DNA of 64,000 nt. It comes from Octopus bimaculoides (lineage: Eukaryota). The notes below the pieces were generated by a model. That model did not search any database, was not told the DNA's origin, and saw nothing but the letters and a program-made list of their open reading frames with translations. Positions 50,624 through 63,125 of the stretch are shown one piece after another. The stretch is taken from assembly GCF_001194135.2 (NCBI RefSeq), contig NC_068988.1, positions 35,912,002-35,976,001 of the forward strand. Direction: 5' to 3'. The translations under genes and the position numbers were made by a program. Positions within the stretch are counted from its first letter, which is position 1; the number at the start of each line of letters is the position of its first letter.

Positions 50624-51751
50624 NNNNNNNNNNNNNNNNNNNNNNNNNNNNNNNNNNNNNNNNNNNNNNNNNNNNNNNNNNNNNNNNNNNNNNNNNNNNN
50701 NNNNNNNNNNNNNNNNNNNNNNNNNNNNNNNNNNNNNNNNNNNNNNNNNNNNNNNNNNNNNNNNNNNNNNNNNNNNNNNNNNNNNNNNNNNNNNNNNNNN
50801 NNNNNNNNNNNNNNNNNNNNNNNNNNNNNNNNNNNNNNNNNNNNNNNNNNNNNNNNNNNNNNNNNNNNNNNNNNNNNNNNNNNNNNNNNNNNNNNNNNNN
50901 NNNNNNNNNNNNNNNNNNNNNNNNNNNNNNNNNNNNNNNNNNNNNNNNNNNNNNNNNNNNNNNNNNNNNNNNNNNNNNNNNNNNNNNNNNNNNNNNNNNN
51001 NNNNNNNNNNNNNNNNNNNNNNNNNNNNNNNNNNNNNNNNNNNNNNNNNNNNNNNNNNNNNNNNNNNNNNNNNNNNNNNNNNNNNNNNNNNNNNNNNNNN
51101 NNNNNNNNNNNNNNNNNNNNNNNNNNNNNNNNNNNNNNNNNNNNNNNNNNNNNNNNNNNNNNNNNNNNNNNNNNNNNNNNNNNNNNNNNNNNNNNNNNNN
51201 NNNNNNNNNNNNNNNNNNNNNNNNNNNNNNNNNNNNNNNNNNNNNNNNNNNNNATATATAAACTTTCAAATGACGTTAGAATTAGAATACATTGTAAGTG
51301 GTTTTGTATGAAAACTCTTATTTATTTGATAACTGAGAGTGTACCTAATGGCTATAGATATCATGATTAAAGGATTGGTGTAAAGGGTTATTATGCGTAT
51401 TTAGCATTAGTATTGCAAAGAGTGGATATTTATAGCTCTTCATACAAGAGTTATTCTACATGATAACGCAGCTACAAAGCAAAGTAAAAACATACTTTTG
51501 GTATACATAAATTTCACAATCGAGATTTTACTCAGCCAATATACTCTTATATAGAACTGTACATACCTGCAGGCATTCACACCTATGACCACACACACAC
51601 ATATATATGTACATGTATACACACGTACATGCATACCTACATACATACTTACAAAAATGCATATATACATGCATACGCGCACGCGTGTGTGTGTGTTTGC
51701 GTGTGTGTGCGTGCATGTGTGTGTGTGTGTGTGTGTGTGTGNNNNNNNNNN

Positions 51752-51794
<43 letters not shown>

Positions 51795-53222
51795 CATCAG
51801 TCATTTCATCTCGTAATCGTTTAATTCATTTTGATATTATTATAAGGAAAAAGATTAAAACATGATTTGACCATAGTAAAGATACTCTGCATCAATCGGT
51901 ACTAAAACGTTTTTTGTATGATTGGCCATGTAATGGAAACTTTTAAAATCATCACCACTTTAATAACTAGTTACACCTGAGTACTTCCTGACGATCACTA
52001 AATATTATTCAGCATAACAAAAACATTAATTTGCAATATGTGTCTATTATTTTATTCCGACCCGCTCTCTAATGTACTACTATCGCTTGCAATCTTTTCA
52101 AAGAGAAGAATTTGTAGGTGTTGATAAGTTTGGTTGATTTTATATTCCTCTTGTAACATATAACTGATGCATCTTCCATTATATATGCACTTCTTTCTAC
52201 TCCTCAATTTTAACGTCAATATTCTCTGATACGATGTTGTTCAATTTACTTGACACATAATATTAATGTCTGCTTCATTTCTATATATACGTATATACAT
52301 ATATTACTTTAGCAATGAATCTGGAAATATTGTTAAAAAAAATGAAAGACATATTTGTTACCAGTTTTTATTTCCTGAAAAGTTATTCTCTATCATATGA
52401 AGAATTATTACTGCTTTGCCAAAAAGAGGGTGAGGTATGTATAAGCAAACATACTGAAACTATAATGGTATGAATTTAGTCCCTCTGTTTCTATCAAGGC
52501 ATACCCATTTCAACGGCCTCTTTTTGATAACAAAACTTTAGCTGTTATCATTGGTGAGTGGAGAGAGACACGAGATCAAGTCCTGATTAATTTTTGAATA
52601 AAGTTGCTAGCGGTTTGTTGAAATATCAGTACATGAGCTCAAAAATCCGTAGTCTCTTTTAGAGGGGTGGAAAATGTAAACCAATTTTTGTCACCCTAAA
52701 ATAATAGGTGTATGCATATGAACATTTTCATATCAATTATTTATACACTTATTTAGTACAGTTATAATTACAAATAAATTTCTCGAAATTTTTCCTGTTT
52801 TGTGATTAAGATTCAAACGACTGGGAATATTCGCAAAATTGCATTTGCAAACAGTAATTACCATGCTAATTGACCGGTAATATTATAGAGTAAATAGATA
52901 TATTATATAACACTTATAGTTAAAACAATTCCACAAAGTTTTACTTAAGAACTTTAAAACAGTAAGATGGACAGCAATCCATCTTATGGATTCATTCCGC
53001 GTCCGTTCATCTTCTGCGAAACCTATGACCACTAAATATTTAACCCATTGGAATTCCAGAGTAACATATTGTGTAAAGACAAATATAATTATACCAAATT
53101 TAGAATAATAAATAGTAAATCCCAATCGCAAACCCTCTGAAATCATGAAATATACAGAACTTCATGCACCACATACAATTCTCAGGAGACGACCCAAAAG
53201 ATAGAATCACAATGCAAACAAT

Positions 53223-53591
53223 GGAGGCGTAGGAGTGGCCGTGTGGTAAGTGTAGGCGTAGGAATGGCTGTGTGGTAAGTAGCTTGCCTACCAACCACAT
53301 GGTTCCTGTTTCAGTCCCACTGCGTGGCACCTTGGGCAAGTGTCTTCTACTATAACCTCGAGCCGACCAAAGCCTTGTGAGTTGATTTGGTAGACGGAAA
53401 CAGAAAGAAGCTCGTCGTATATATGTATATATATATATATATNNNNNNNNNNNNNNNNNNNNNNNNNNNNNNNNNNNNNNNNNNNNNNNNNNNNNNNNNN
53501 NNNNNNNNNNNNNNNNNNNNNNNNNNNNNNNNNNNNNNNNNNNNNNNNNNNNNNNNNNNNNNNNNNNNNNNNNNNNNNNNNNGTGTGTGTG

Positions 53592-53624
<33 letters not shown>

Positions 53625-53838
53625 ATATGTTTGTGTGTCTGTGTTTGTCCCCCAGCATCGCTTCACAACCGATGCTAGTGTGTTTACGTCCCTATAACTT
53701 AGTGGTTCGACAAAAGAGACTCATAGAACAAGTACTAGGCTTACAAAAAATAAGTCCTGCGGTCGATTTGCTCGACTAAAGCTGGTGCTCCAGCATGGCC
53801 ACATTCACATGACTGAAACAAGTAAAAGAGTAAAAGAG
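53223..53838 (+). mobile_element. tRNA-derived SINE family 2, full length, with internal microsatellite (gapped)
   Basis: Head GGCGTAGGAGTGGCTGTGTGGTAAG, B-box-like GTTTCAGTCCC, CCTTGGGCAAGTG core, 3' end GACTGAAACAAGTAAAAGAGTAAAAGAG. Confidence 0.92.
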
Positions 53839-53899
53839 TGTTGAAGAAAAAGAAGGCTTAGTAGGAAATGGTTATAATACAACTCGCCATAGATATCGT

Positions 53900-54330
53900 A
53901 AATGCTAAACAACAGTTTGCAAATGATTGGTAAGAATGTAAACAAGGCGGAGAACTTTCTAGGTGCAATCCCAAGTTCCTTCATGACAGAAAGGAGTTTT
54001 TACTGCAGCTGTGTGTAACACAACCACCATGATCACCAATAAAACAAGAAAAGTAGTTTGTCATCTAAAATGTATGGAGCGGAGAATGTAAGAAACCGAC
54101 CAAACCATTGATAGTGGAAGCTATATGAACAACAGCTGAGATAATGGATGCGTACTGGAAGGATTATAGTGATAGCAGACATTCATCGGTTCTGTATCAG
54201 CATTCTAAGAATAAACATAGTGGCATACTGGATAACAGTGACAAAAAAATTATATCAATACAACCATATGACGCAGTATATGCGAATCTACGCGAATAAA
54301 CGAATGGCAATCATGACTTGATGACAGTTA
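53900..54330 (+). mobile_element. Possible, very degenerate Penelope-like GIY-YIG fragment
   Basis: KTRKVVCHLKCME..ET and SVLYQHSKNKHSG..KIISIQPYDA..RE resemble VVY.I.C..C...Y.GET and H...H.G..DA..RQ.RE. Confidence 0.4.
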
Positions 54331-54442
54331 TGTATAAGGCGCAATGACCTCCCAATCTCCACCATCCCCAACATAGTCTATATATATATTTTACGAATCG
54401 ATATGCATATGTATACCAGTGTGATGCTGGTGAATACAGTTT

Positions 54443-54790
54443 GCCTTTCATCCTTTCAGGGTCAATAAATTAAGTATGAACTGAAAACTGGGGGTCGATG
54501 TAATCGACTTAGCCTCGCCCTCCCTCGAAATCACTGGGCTTATGCAAAAATTTAAAATCAATATTTTATCAATGTCAGGTCGGTGAACTGGCAGAATCAT
54601 CCGCGCGCCGAAGAAAATACTGAACATCATTTTGCTCGTATTTACCTTCTGAGTTCAAATTCATCCGTATTCGCCTTCATCTTTCATACTTTTGGAATCG
54701 ATAAAATAAGTACCGGGTGTTCGTTAGCGTCTTTGTAATCGGCTTAATGCCTCCCACAAAATTGCTGGCTTTGTAGCAACATTTGAAACC
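54443..54790 (+). mobile_element. Two adjacent SINE family 3 copies (partial 54443-54560; near-full 54578-54790)
   Basis: GCCTTTCATCCTTTCAGGGTCAATAAATTAAGTA core; the second copy has a GAACTGGCAGAATC head and a GAGTTCAAATTC B-box. Confidence 0.8.
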
Positions 54791-55224
54791 AATATATCAC
54801 CAATTTCAAGTGGTACATGCGGCAGTCAAAGACTACTATCGTGATATGTTATTCATAGTGTTTTTAATAGTTACGTACTTTTTCTGCCTCCGATCTTATA
54901 TTATTCCGACAGACAGGAAATAACTTTAGTAACAAGTATCCTTACACTTTCTCAATAAAATACCTTGCATATTCATGCAAACGCACAATGAGTAATGGAG
55001 GCCAGTACCGCGTCTAGTGTGCATTTCTGATCTGGAATCGTTATATAAGTAACATTCTAAGCAATGAAAAACGAATTAACAGCGAAGAATTCCAATTCGA
55101 CAACAGCAGAAAAGTTTTATATTTGTGAAGTTTAAAAATATACCAGCAATGTCGCTGTCATCGCCTGCGTCTTATACGTACCATTCTCATCATCCATCAC
55201 TATCATCAGCGTTAGATTTAGTAT

Positions 55225-55603
55225 CTCTTTTACTCTTTTACTTGTTTCAGTCATGTGAATATGGCCATGCTGGAGCACTGCCTTTAGACGAGCAAATCCA
55301 CCGCAGGACTTATGTTTTTGTAAGCCTAGTACTTATTCTACCGGTATCTTTTGCCGAACCGCTATGCTGCGACCAGCATCGGTTGGGGGGACAAACACAG
55401 ACACACAAACATATACACACACACATATATATATATGCACATATATACGACGGGCTTCTTTCAGTTTCCGTCTACCAAATCCACTCAAGGCTTTGGTCGA
55501 CTCGAGGCTATAGTGGAAAACACTTGCCCAAGGTGCTATGCAGTGGAACTGAACCCGGAACCATATGGTTCGTAAACAAGCTACTTACCGCACAGCCACT
55601 CCT
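55225..55603 (-). mobile_element. SINE family 2, full length
   Basis: Inverse homologue of 53223-53838 over its whole length. Confidence 0.92.
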
Positions 55604-55646
55604 AGTCAACGTTATTGTTATTATGATCACAATGCTGATCATCATC

Positions 55647-55772
55647 CGCTGAGGTTCACTTTGCATTTCATCTTTTCGGGATCGATAAATTAAGTACCAG
55701 TTGCGTACTGAGGTCGAACTAATCGATGCCCCCCTCCCCCAATATTTCTGGCCTTTTCCTAGAGTAAAAAAC
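55647..55772 (+). mobile_element. SINE family 3, 3' half
   Basis: CACTTTGCATTTCATCTTTTCGGGATCGATAAATTAAGTACCAGTTGCGTACTGAGGTCGA. Confidence 0.85.
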
Positions 55773-55779
55773 AATGTTG

Positions 55780-56200
55780 ATCATCATTAATACGTTGTCG
55801 TCCTCACCCACGTGATCATAAAAATCATCGTCCTCATCTTGTCGTCGTCGACATCGATATATGCTCGTCACCACAACCATCACATCCCTATCATGATCTT
55901 CATCAACACCACCACCATCACAATTGCCGGCTCCGCTACAACGAGCGCTACACCAACACCATTATTACCTCTACCAACAATAAATCCATCACCACCAACA
56001 ACAATTCCATCATCATCAGCAGCATCAGCATCACCATCGTCGTTGTCATCACGACCACCACCATCACCACCTTCAGTATCAATATCATCCTCATCATTAT
56101 CATCATCAAACTGTCTTCGTCAACAAACAGAAGAAGGGCATTATAAGGAAACAACATCATTAACAATAACATCATCATCCGCAGGTTAAATACTACATCT
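55780..56200 (+). repeat. Degenerate (CAT/CAC/CGT)n low-complexity tract
   Basis: Trinucleotide periodicity; produces the spurious S/T/P-rich ORF. Confidence 0.8.
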
Positions 56201-57154
56201 TTGAGAACGATGGACGCCATAAAATACAGCGCCAAATAAAGGATAGCGGCAAAGCTTACAAGGTATAAAATATATTGATATTAACATTTGAATAGTAGAA
56301 ATTTTTCATGTACCAACACCACTACCACCGCTAGCACAAACAGCATCTCAGCTTTCAGCAGTACCGAAGCCACCACAAACGCCAATAATATCACCACCAA
56401 TTCCATAACTATCGTAGCTGCAACAGTCACCGCCGTATGTATGGAAGCACATAAGGTTTCGGTAGCGGCGGATGCAACACAGTAACAAGAGGAAATGTAG
56501 ACATATATATCGATAGTGAAATATGTCTTCTAATATTCGATGCGATATTACGAGAGGCCTGTTGGCTAGACGTAATGCATTTGTCGAGGGAACAATAAAG
56601 AGGCTATAACAGAATAATAATGGAATATTAATGTTAGGAATTTAGATAAATATGGAGCATATCATATTGGACAAGAACACTCTAAGCAAAGAAAACACGC
56701 TAGACTCGCGGGAGGAAACTGCTAGAAGAAGAAAAAAGAATACAGACAGGATATCAAAGGGAAATATTTGTCTGTTACAAATTCATATACAAAGTGAAGT
56801 GATTCGTATACACGTGTACGCTTATATGTATGCATATATGGATATTTGTATATATGTATGCATGTGTGTGTGATGCATTTATGTATGTATCTATGCAGAT
56901 TTATATGTATGCATATGTGTGAATATATATATNNNNNNNNNNNNNNNNNNNNNNNNNNNNNNNNNNNNNNNNNNNNNNNNNNNNNNNNNNNNNNNNNNNN
57001 NNNNNNNNNNNNNNNNNNNNNNNNNNNNNNNNNNNNNNNNNNNNNNNNNNNNNNNNNNNNNNNNNNNNNNNNNNNNNNNNNNNNNNNNNNNNNNNNNNNN
57101 NNNNNNNNNNNNNNNNNNNNNNNNNNNNNNNNNNNNNNNTGTATGCATGTATAT

Positions 57155-57189
<35 letters not shown>

Positions 57190-57366
57190 TGGACGCATAT
57201 ATATGTGCGCATACATATATATAGATAGAGATATAGTTATAGCTATATTTCATATATATTTGCGCGTGTGTGTGTATAAATATACATGTAGGTATATATC
57301 GTGTATATTAAATATATAATTTAATATACACAATTTACTGAAGAAATAATAAATTGTGTGTATTAG

Positions 57367-57421
<55 letters not shown>

Positions 57422-59210
57422 GGATAGAGTACTTTTCTTTGCTGATCCTACCTATAATGGAACTGTATATATTAAATATGCATACATGCATACATACGAT
57501 TGTGAATGTGTGTGCTTATCTATGCACATATGTATATATGTTTTTATGTATAAACACACATATATTCACATATGTATCTGTGTGTCCCCGTTTGTGTGTA
57601 TATTTTTGTGTGTCAATGAATGTGTGTCAATGAATGTGTGTATATGTGTGTGTGCGTGTGTGTGCGTGTATGTTTCACAACGAAAAGCGACGAAGCGTTA
57701 CTGTACAAGAAAGTGTATAAATGTGTTAAAACAAGCGAATAGGCGTAAATGAAAATAATATAACTGAAAATACAAAGACTATTGGTAACTAGATAGGTTA
57801 TGGGTAATATGTCTCTATACACACATCCGTATATGTATATATATATATATGTAGTTATACACGCACATACACACAGATCACGGACGCACACACACAGAGA
57901 CACACATGTGTGTATGTATATTAGAAGTGTGCATGTGGAGTGTTTATGTTTGTAGAGTGTTAGTAAAAGTAATAGAGAAGAAAAAGTAACATAAACTAAT
58001 GACGAAAACGACAGTGAAGTCTGAATGAGGAGCTGATTCTTTAGAAAATGAAAGAGTTTATCGAGAAAATGAAAGAAAATTGAAGGAGATGAATATATAA
58101 TAGCGAAAGTGGTAAATAAAATTTATAAATGTGCGCATGTGAATTTGAAGATGCTTGTGGTGGGGAGTAGAGATCAATACAAAATGAATATAAGTATAAA
58201 AATAGAACATTGTGCTGAAGCGCATCATTTAGCAACAATTATATCTAATTCTGAAAGTAAAGGCAGAATTTTATCGAAGTATGTATTATTGTTTCAGAAA
58301 TGTCTTCCAATTGGTGAAAAGTAAAAGCATTTACTTTTACCTAAAAGGCTAATAACTGATGCATAAATTTATTGCGAATATAGAATGTTTTGTGTAAATG
58401 GACGCCGTTCGGTATACTTAAAAGCGTGGCTTTCTTCTTATTTTACTGTCTTGTAGATGTTACTTATTCATATAGAGTATCGAGTAGGAGAGATATTAGT
58501 TGTAATGAAAAGAATTTGCTTAAAGTGATAAGTATAGATTTCTGTCCATTGAAGCTGAGCTGAGGATTTCCGAATCAATAGTTTTTCATTGCGATCAACA
58601 AAGTTTTGATGCTTTCTATTCCATGAATTGCCTTTTCGTGTATAGTTTATAGTTGGCCAAAGCACTAAAGTTACTACTTGATCTGAAAGTCCTAATTGTA
58701 CAATAACGCAATGATTGTTAATGTTAACTCATTAATCATTAGTTAAACAGAATGAACTAAACACTTGTTTATTAGTACGCATCTAATCAATAACTACATG
58801 TTAATCTCATAGGGATTGGGGAATCACTGAATGTGATTCTGGCATCCCTAAAAAACCTAACTGTATGAAATTAGTCAATACAAAATTGAACAGTGTTGAA
58901 TTTTCTTCAGAATATTTCGATTAATTAAAGAATTTGTCTATCAGTAATATATGCTGACAATCCGATAACGCCGTTGATGAAAATACAGTAAGTTAAAATC
59001 GTTAAAGTAGCATATACTCTCGTGGGAAAGAAAATATCTTGAGAAGTGTATGTGGCTGTTAAATGAGGTGAAGTATTTGGTTAACTAATGACTAGAGTAT
59101 TTGTGTTCTGAATTAGATACTTTGCCTGTATGTAATCGGTGGTGACTGTCTGTAAAATCTTATACACATACTGACACACATATCTTTGAATAATATATGG
59201 AAGTGGACTT

Positions 59211-59246
<36 letters not shown>

Positions 59247-59252
<6 letters not shown>

Positions 59253-59810
59253 AAAATTTTGGGTTCAGCAAGCATTGCTTCACCACACACCGAAAATTAG
59301 AAATAGCAGCCAAAACTACTATTTCTCTACCAAAATACGACTCCCGAAACAGCAATTCTCGCAGCTGACAAAGGCAAAAAAAGAAAAAAATAACGAATCT
59401 ACCCGGCCTTGATTAATTGCAGGCACGTTTCTGGATCAAAGAGGTGTAAATCATATGACCCAAACATATTTCTTTCATCAGTGCAATATTTCAAAATTAT
59501 AAATCCGAGAATGCTAATAAAAGAATAATTAATTCGATCAGGTGACATCAAATGATTACCCAAGAACAGCATTTCCGTATTCATATAGACGAGCGATAAA
59601 ATCATCTCATTCCTCAATTACCCACGTGCGCTACGAGTAATCCCGCAGACAACTGCAGTTCTCTGCGTGATTAACTTTGCTTTTGTTAGCTGCGAGTATT
59701 GCTGTTTCGGGAATCGTATTTTGGTAGAGAAATGTTAGTTTTGGCTGCTGTTTCTAATTATTGGTGTGTGGTGAAGCAATGCTTGCGGTACCCTAAATTT
59801 TAATTTTGTC
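59247..59810. mobile_element. Non-coding 560-bp element with about 132-bp inverted terminal arms and an internal hammerhead-like motif
   Basis: 59247-59378 versus the reverse complement of 59676-59807: 13 mismatches in about 132 nt by manual alignment. Abuts (TA)n on the left and TATATA on the right. Confidence 0.85.
59416..59487 (-). ncRNA. Degenerate type I hammerhead-like motif (HHR-4)
   Basis: AUUGCA-CUGAUGA-(AAGAAAUAUGUUU)-GGGUCA-(17 nt)-UGAUCC-A-GAAAC-GU-GCC-UGCAAU. Helix I is a perfect 6 bp and helix II has 6 bp; the triplet reads GCC rather than GUC. Confidence 0.6.
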
Positions 59811-59898
59811 TATATAAATTTACCGATAATGGTTTATTAACACACCGAACTACTTGGTAAAATTACTAATTATTAATTAATTATTAATTTTTACCCTA

Positions 59899-59931
<33 letters not shown>

Positions 59932-60409
59932 GACTTCCGGTTTCGGTTGTGGAAGACGTGTTTTTTTGTGCTCCTGAAATAACCTAGAGGGATTCCCGAA
60001 ATTAACGAAATATCTACCACAACTGACCAAAATAACATAGTACTTGTTATTTCCTAACTGTCTACTATAATATATTCGTGAAAAAGTATAATGTATTACA
60101 TTAATGTTTGATATATTACATTGAAGTCAACGACGCAAGCCAGAGATATCCTGGAAGAAAGCATGTTGTGATAAATCGTAGTTTCATAAGTGGCCGTGTG
60201 TGAAGAAGAAATCGATTTTTCTTCGAAACGAAACTTCGTAGAAAAACAACGATTGGAATTTTTACCTTTTGGGAATAAGTATCTTATTCATTTTGCTTAT
60301 ATTATTTTGTTTTATCTCTGGTATTCCCGGATGAAAATTTAAGTGAGAACGCATTGTTTGTTTACGTTTTATTTGAAACATTTACGGTAGTAAATTCGTT
60401 ACGAAACAT

Positions 60410-61200
60410 CTTTCTTCCCACCATCGTTATTCATGTCATTTCTTAAAGCGGCCTTTTCTTTCCATACTCTCTTTTTTCCTCTTTCCTTTATATCTTCGTT
60501 ACCTGCCCTTCCCCTCTCTCTTTCGTAACTTCCTCTTTTTGTCTCCTCTCCCCCTCTCTCTGTCTCTCCTCCCCTTTCATATCTACCTCCTTTTCCCGCT
60601 TCTCTCTCCTTCATTCTCCCTGTCTCTACATCAACTTCTCTCCCTCTCTCTTTCATACATTCCTCTTTTCTTTCCTCTCTCCCTCACTGTCTCTCCCTCC
60701 TTTCCATATCTTCCTCCTTTTCCCGCTCGTCTCTCCCGCCTGTTGTANNNNNNNNNNTTCTCTCCCTCTCTCTTTCATACATTCCTCTTTTCTTTCCTCT
60801 CTCCCTCACTGTCTCTCCCTCCTTTCCATATCTTCCTCCTTTTCCCGCTCGTCTCTCCCGCCTGTTGTATCTCTCTACATCTACCTCTTACCTCTCATCT
60901 CCCCTCTCCCTTCTCCCTCATATATTTCTTGTTTTTCCTCCTCTCCCTCCCACTCAATCTCTCCCTTTCCTTCATACGTTCTTCATTCTCTCCTCTCTCT
61001 TCCTCACTCTGTTTCTCTTTCTCTTCTCCTTCCATCTGTCTCACTATCGCTCCATGCCCTTTTCTCTTTTCTTCAAATCATTCTCTCTCCTTTCTCCATC
61101 TCTCTCTCTCTCTCTCTCTCTTCCCCTTTTTCACCCTCTGTCTTTCATCCTCTCTACCTGCCTCTATCTCTCTCACTTCTCTATCTTATCCAATCTCTCT
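60410..61200 (+). repeat. CT-rich low-complexity tract
   Basis: Polypyrimidine sequence; the L/S/P/F-rich ORFs are spurious. Confidence 0.9.
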
Positions 61201-62490
61201 AGGCATAGATAACGAAGATGGCACTACAGTCTGAAGTCAATGAAATGAATCTTCTGTTGCGACCTTGGACAATTTGCTATCGGCGATCTTCCAAACAACA
61301 TCATTACTGCTGCACTGAAGAACAATGGTTTCTGTAGAACCATTGAGCAGATAGAGTGGGAAAAAACGAATTTCTCTGATCCTATGCCTTTGTTAGGCCA
61401 CATATTGACACTCTTGATGTCATCATGGAAAACAACTGTGGCAAGGCTTATAAGAATAGGGAAAATGAAGCAACAACCAGAAGTCTCTCTCATTCAGGGG
61501 TACCACAAAAGATTGGAGCCCTCACCCCTGTGGACAACCAGAGGAATGTTAGGGCTACAACCAGTGGAAGAAAGGAATGACCACAAGCAACACATAAAAA
61601 AAGAAAAAGGAGAGGAAGGAAAAGGAAACGATGAAACAACTAAAGCTAAAACTGAAACCCCAAACCACAAACAAAAAACAAAATGCCCAAACCTGAAGGC
61701 TCCAATTCGCAAATCTAGAGGAGAGAAAAATTTAGAGTGAAGACAAGGATGTGCCAATGTTGGCATCGGGAAGACGGTACAAACTGCCGGTTTGCTCATC
61801 CAAGACCCCACCAAAACTGTAGGGGCTTTAAGTAGTAGTACTTCCTAGAAGAATGGTACCATTCGTCTGCAAGAAGAAAGTATGCAGATGCTGTGCGCTC
61901 TTCAGATGTTATACAAAAGGCGGTAGCTGAGCAACTGTCTTTTTTGTGCATGGCACAAAAGATTGTGCAGCAGCTGACCTGCCTACATCAAGCGCAAACA
62001 CAGAACTTTGCCCACCACTGTGCAAGATCACCACCATCAACAGACATGGGATGGCCTCTCTTAACACTATCAGTCATCAAGCCAATATTTTCACTTAATA
62101 TTGGAGATTTGTTGCATCACAACAACAAAAACAAAATCATTTCCTGTGAGGCCTTGCTGCGTGCAATCAAGCCCTATGCATAGCACTCATGGAAACTCAT
62201 CTGAGGCCTGATATAGAAGATGCAGAAGTAGACGTACCAAAATATACCATACTGCTTACAGATAGAAGAGAAAGGAGCCATGGTGGAGTTGCTGTATACA
62301 TCCGTGAGGACCTCACACCCCAGCTCCTACTGTCATATTGAAATTCAGTATGTGACACTCTAGTTGTATATATAAGACAACACAATATACTTATATGGAA
62401 TACATAACGCTCACCGGATGCTCCAAACCATGCAGGCAAGTTTGAAAATTGCCTTACAAGAATAAAAGAAACCCTCATGAAACTGGAACA
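61200..62490 (+). mobile_element. 5' part of a CR1-clade LINE (ORF1 remnant + APE endonuclease)
   Basis: NCRFAHP CCCH-like finger remnant; APE IALMETHLRPDIEDAEVDVPKYTILLTDRRERSHGGVAVYIRED..RSPD. Confidence 0.85.
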
Positions 62491-62512
62491 TCACGTGAGT
62501 GTGTTTCTTATG

Positions 62513-62561
<49 letters not shown>

Positions 62562-63125
62562 GGGGGGGTATGTATGTGTATATATGTTTGTGTGTGCGTG
62601 TTTGTGTGTGTATTATTAGGGTGGAATGTCACAGTTTAAAGACAAAAGACACAAACATACATATACATGGACTAAAATATTCTTAAGGAAACACGAAATT
62701 ACAATAATTTCAATGTGATGATTAGCAAAAGATAAACCGGTCGACAATCAAATACTCTTTCACTCATGAAGTATATTAAAGAATATATTAAATCTATGTA
62801 AACTATGTGCATTTTTCCTTTTTTTTATTTTATGTACATATCATTTGCATTACAACTCACCTTGTGGGAATAATGGCAATTCTCCTTCTCCCGTTTTCTT
62901 ACTATATATGTGTGTGTGTTTGTGTGTATGTGTTTGTGTGTGCGTGTGCGTGTGCGTGTGTATGTGTGTGTATGTGCGCGCGCGCGTGTGAGTGTGTGTG
63001 TGTGTGTGTGTGTGCGTATTAATATCTGTTCTGATGTTCGGTTGTAACAAAAATATTAACCTCATGTGTCACTCTGTCCTTTTGTAGAGTACAGATATAT
63101 CATTCAGATACAAGAATATTATTGC

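Noticed and set aside
55812-56235. Ser/Thr/Pro-rich mucin-like ORF and its Met/Val-rich antisense
   Set aside because: Product of a degenerate CAT/CAC microsatellite.
60196-60245. GTGAAGA-hairpin-GAAACGAAACTTCGTA with a good helix III and a GUA triplet
   Set aside because: C3 is missing, the core bases are consumed by the hairpin, and there is no helix I.
60636-60869. Direct repeat of about 112 bp in the CT-rich tract
   Set aside because: Straddles a 10-N gap in low-complexity DNA; cannot be distinguished from an artefact.
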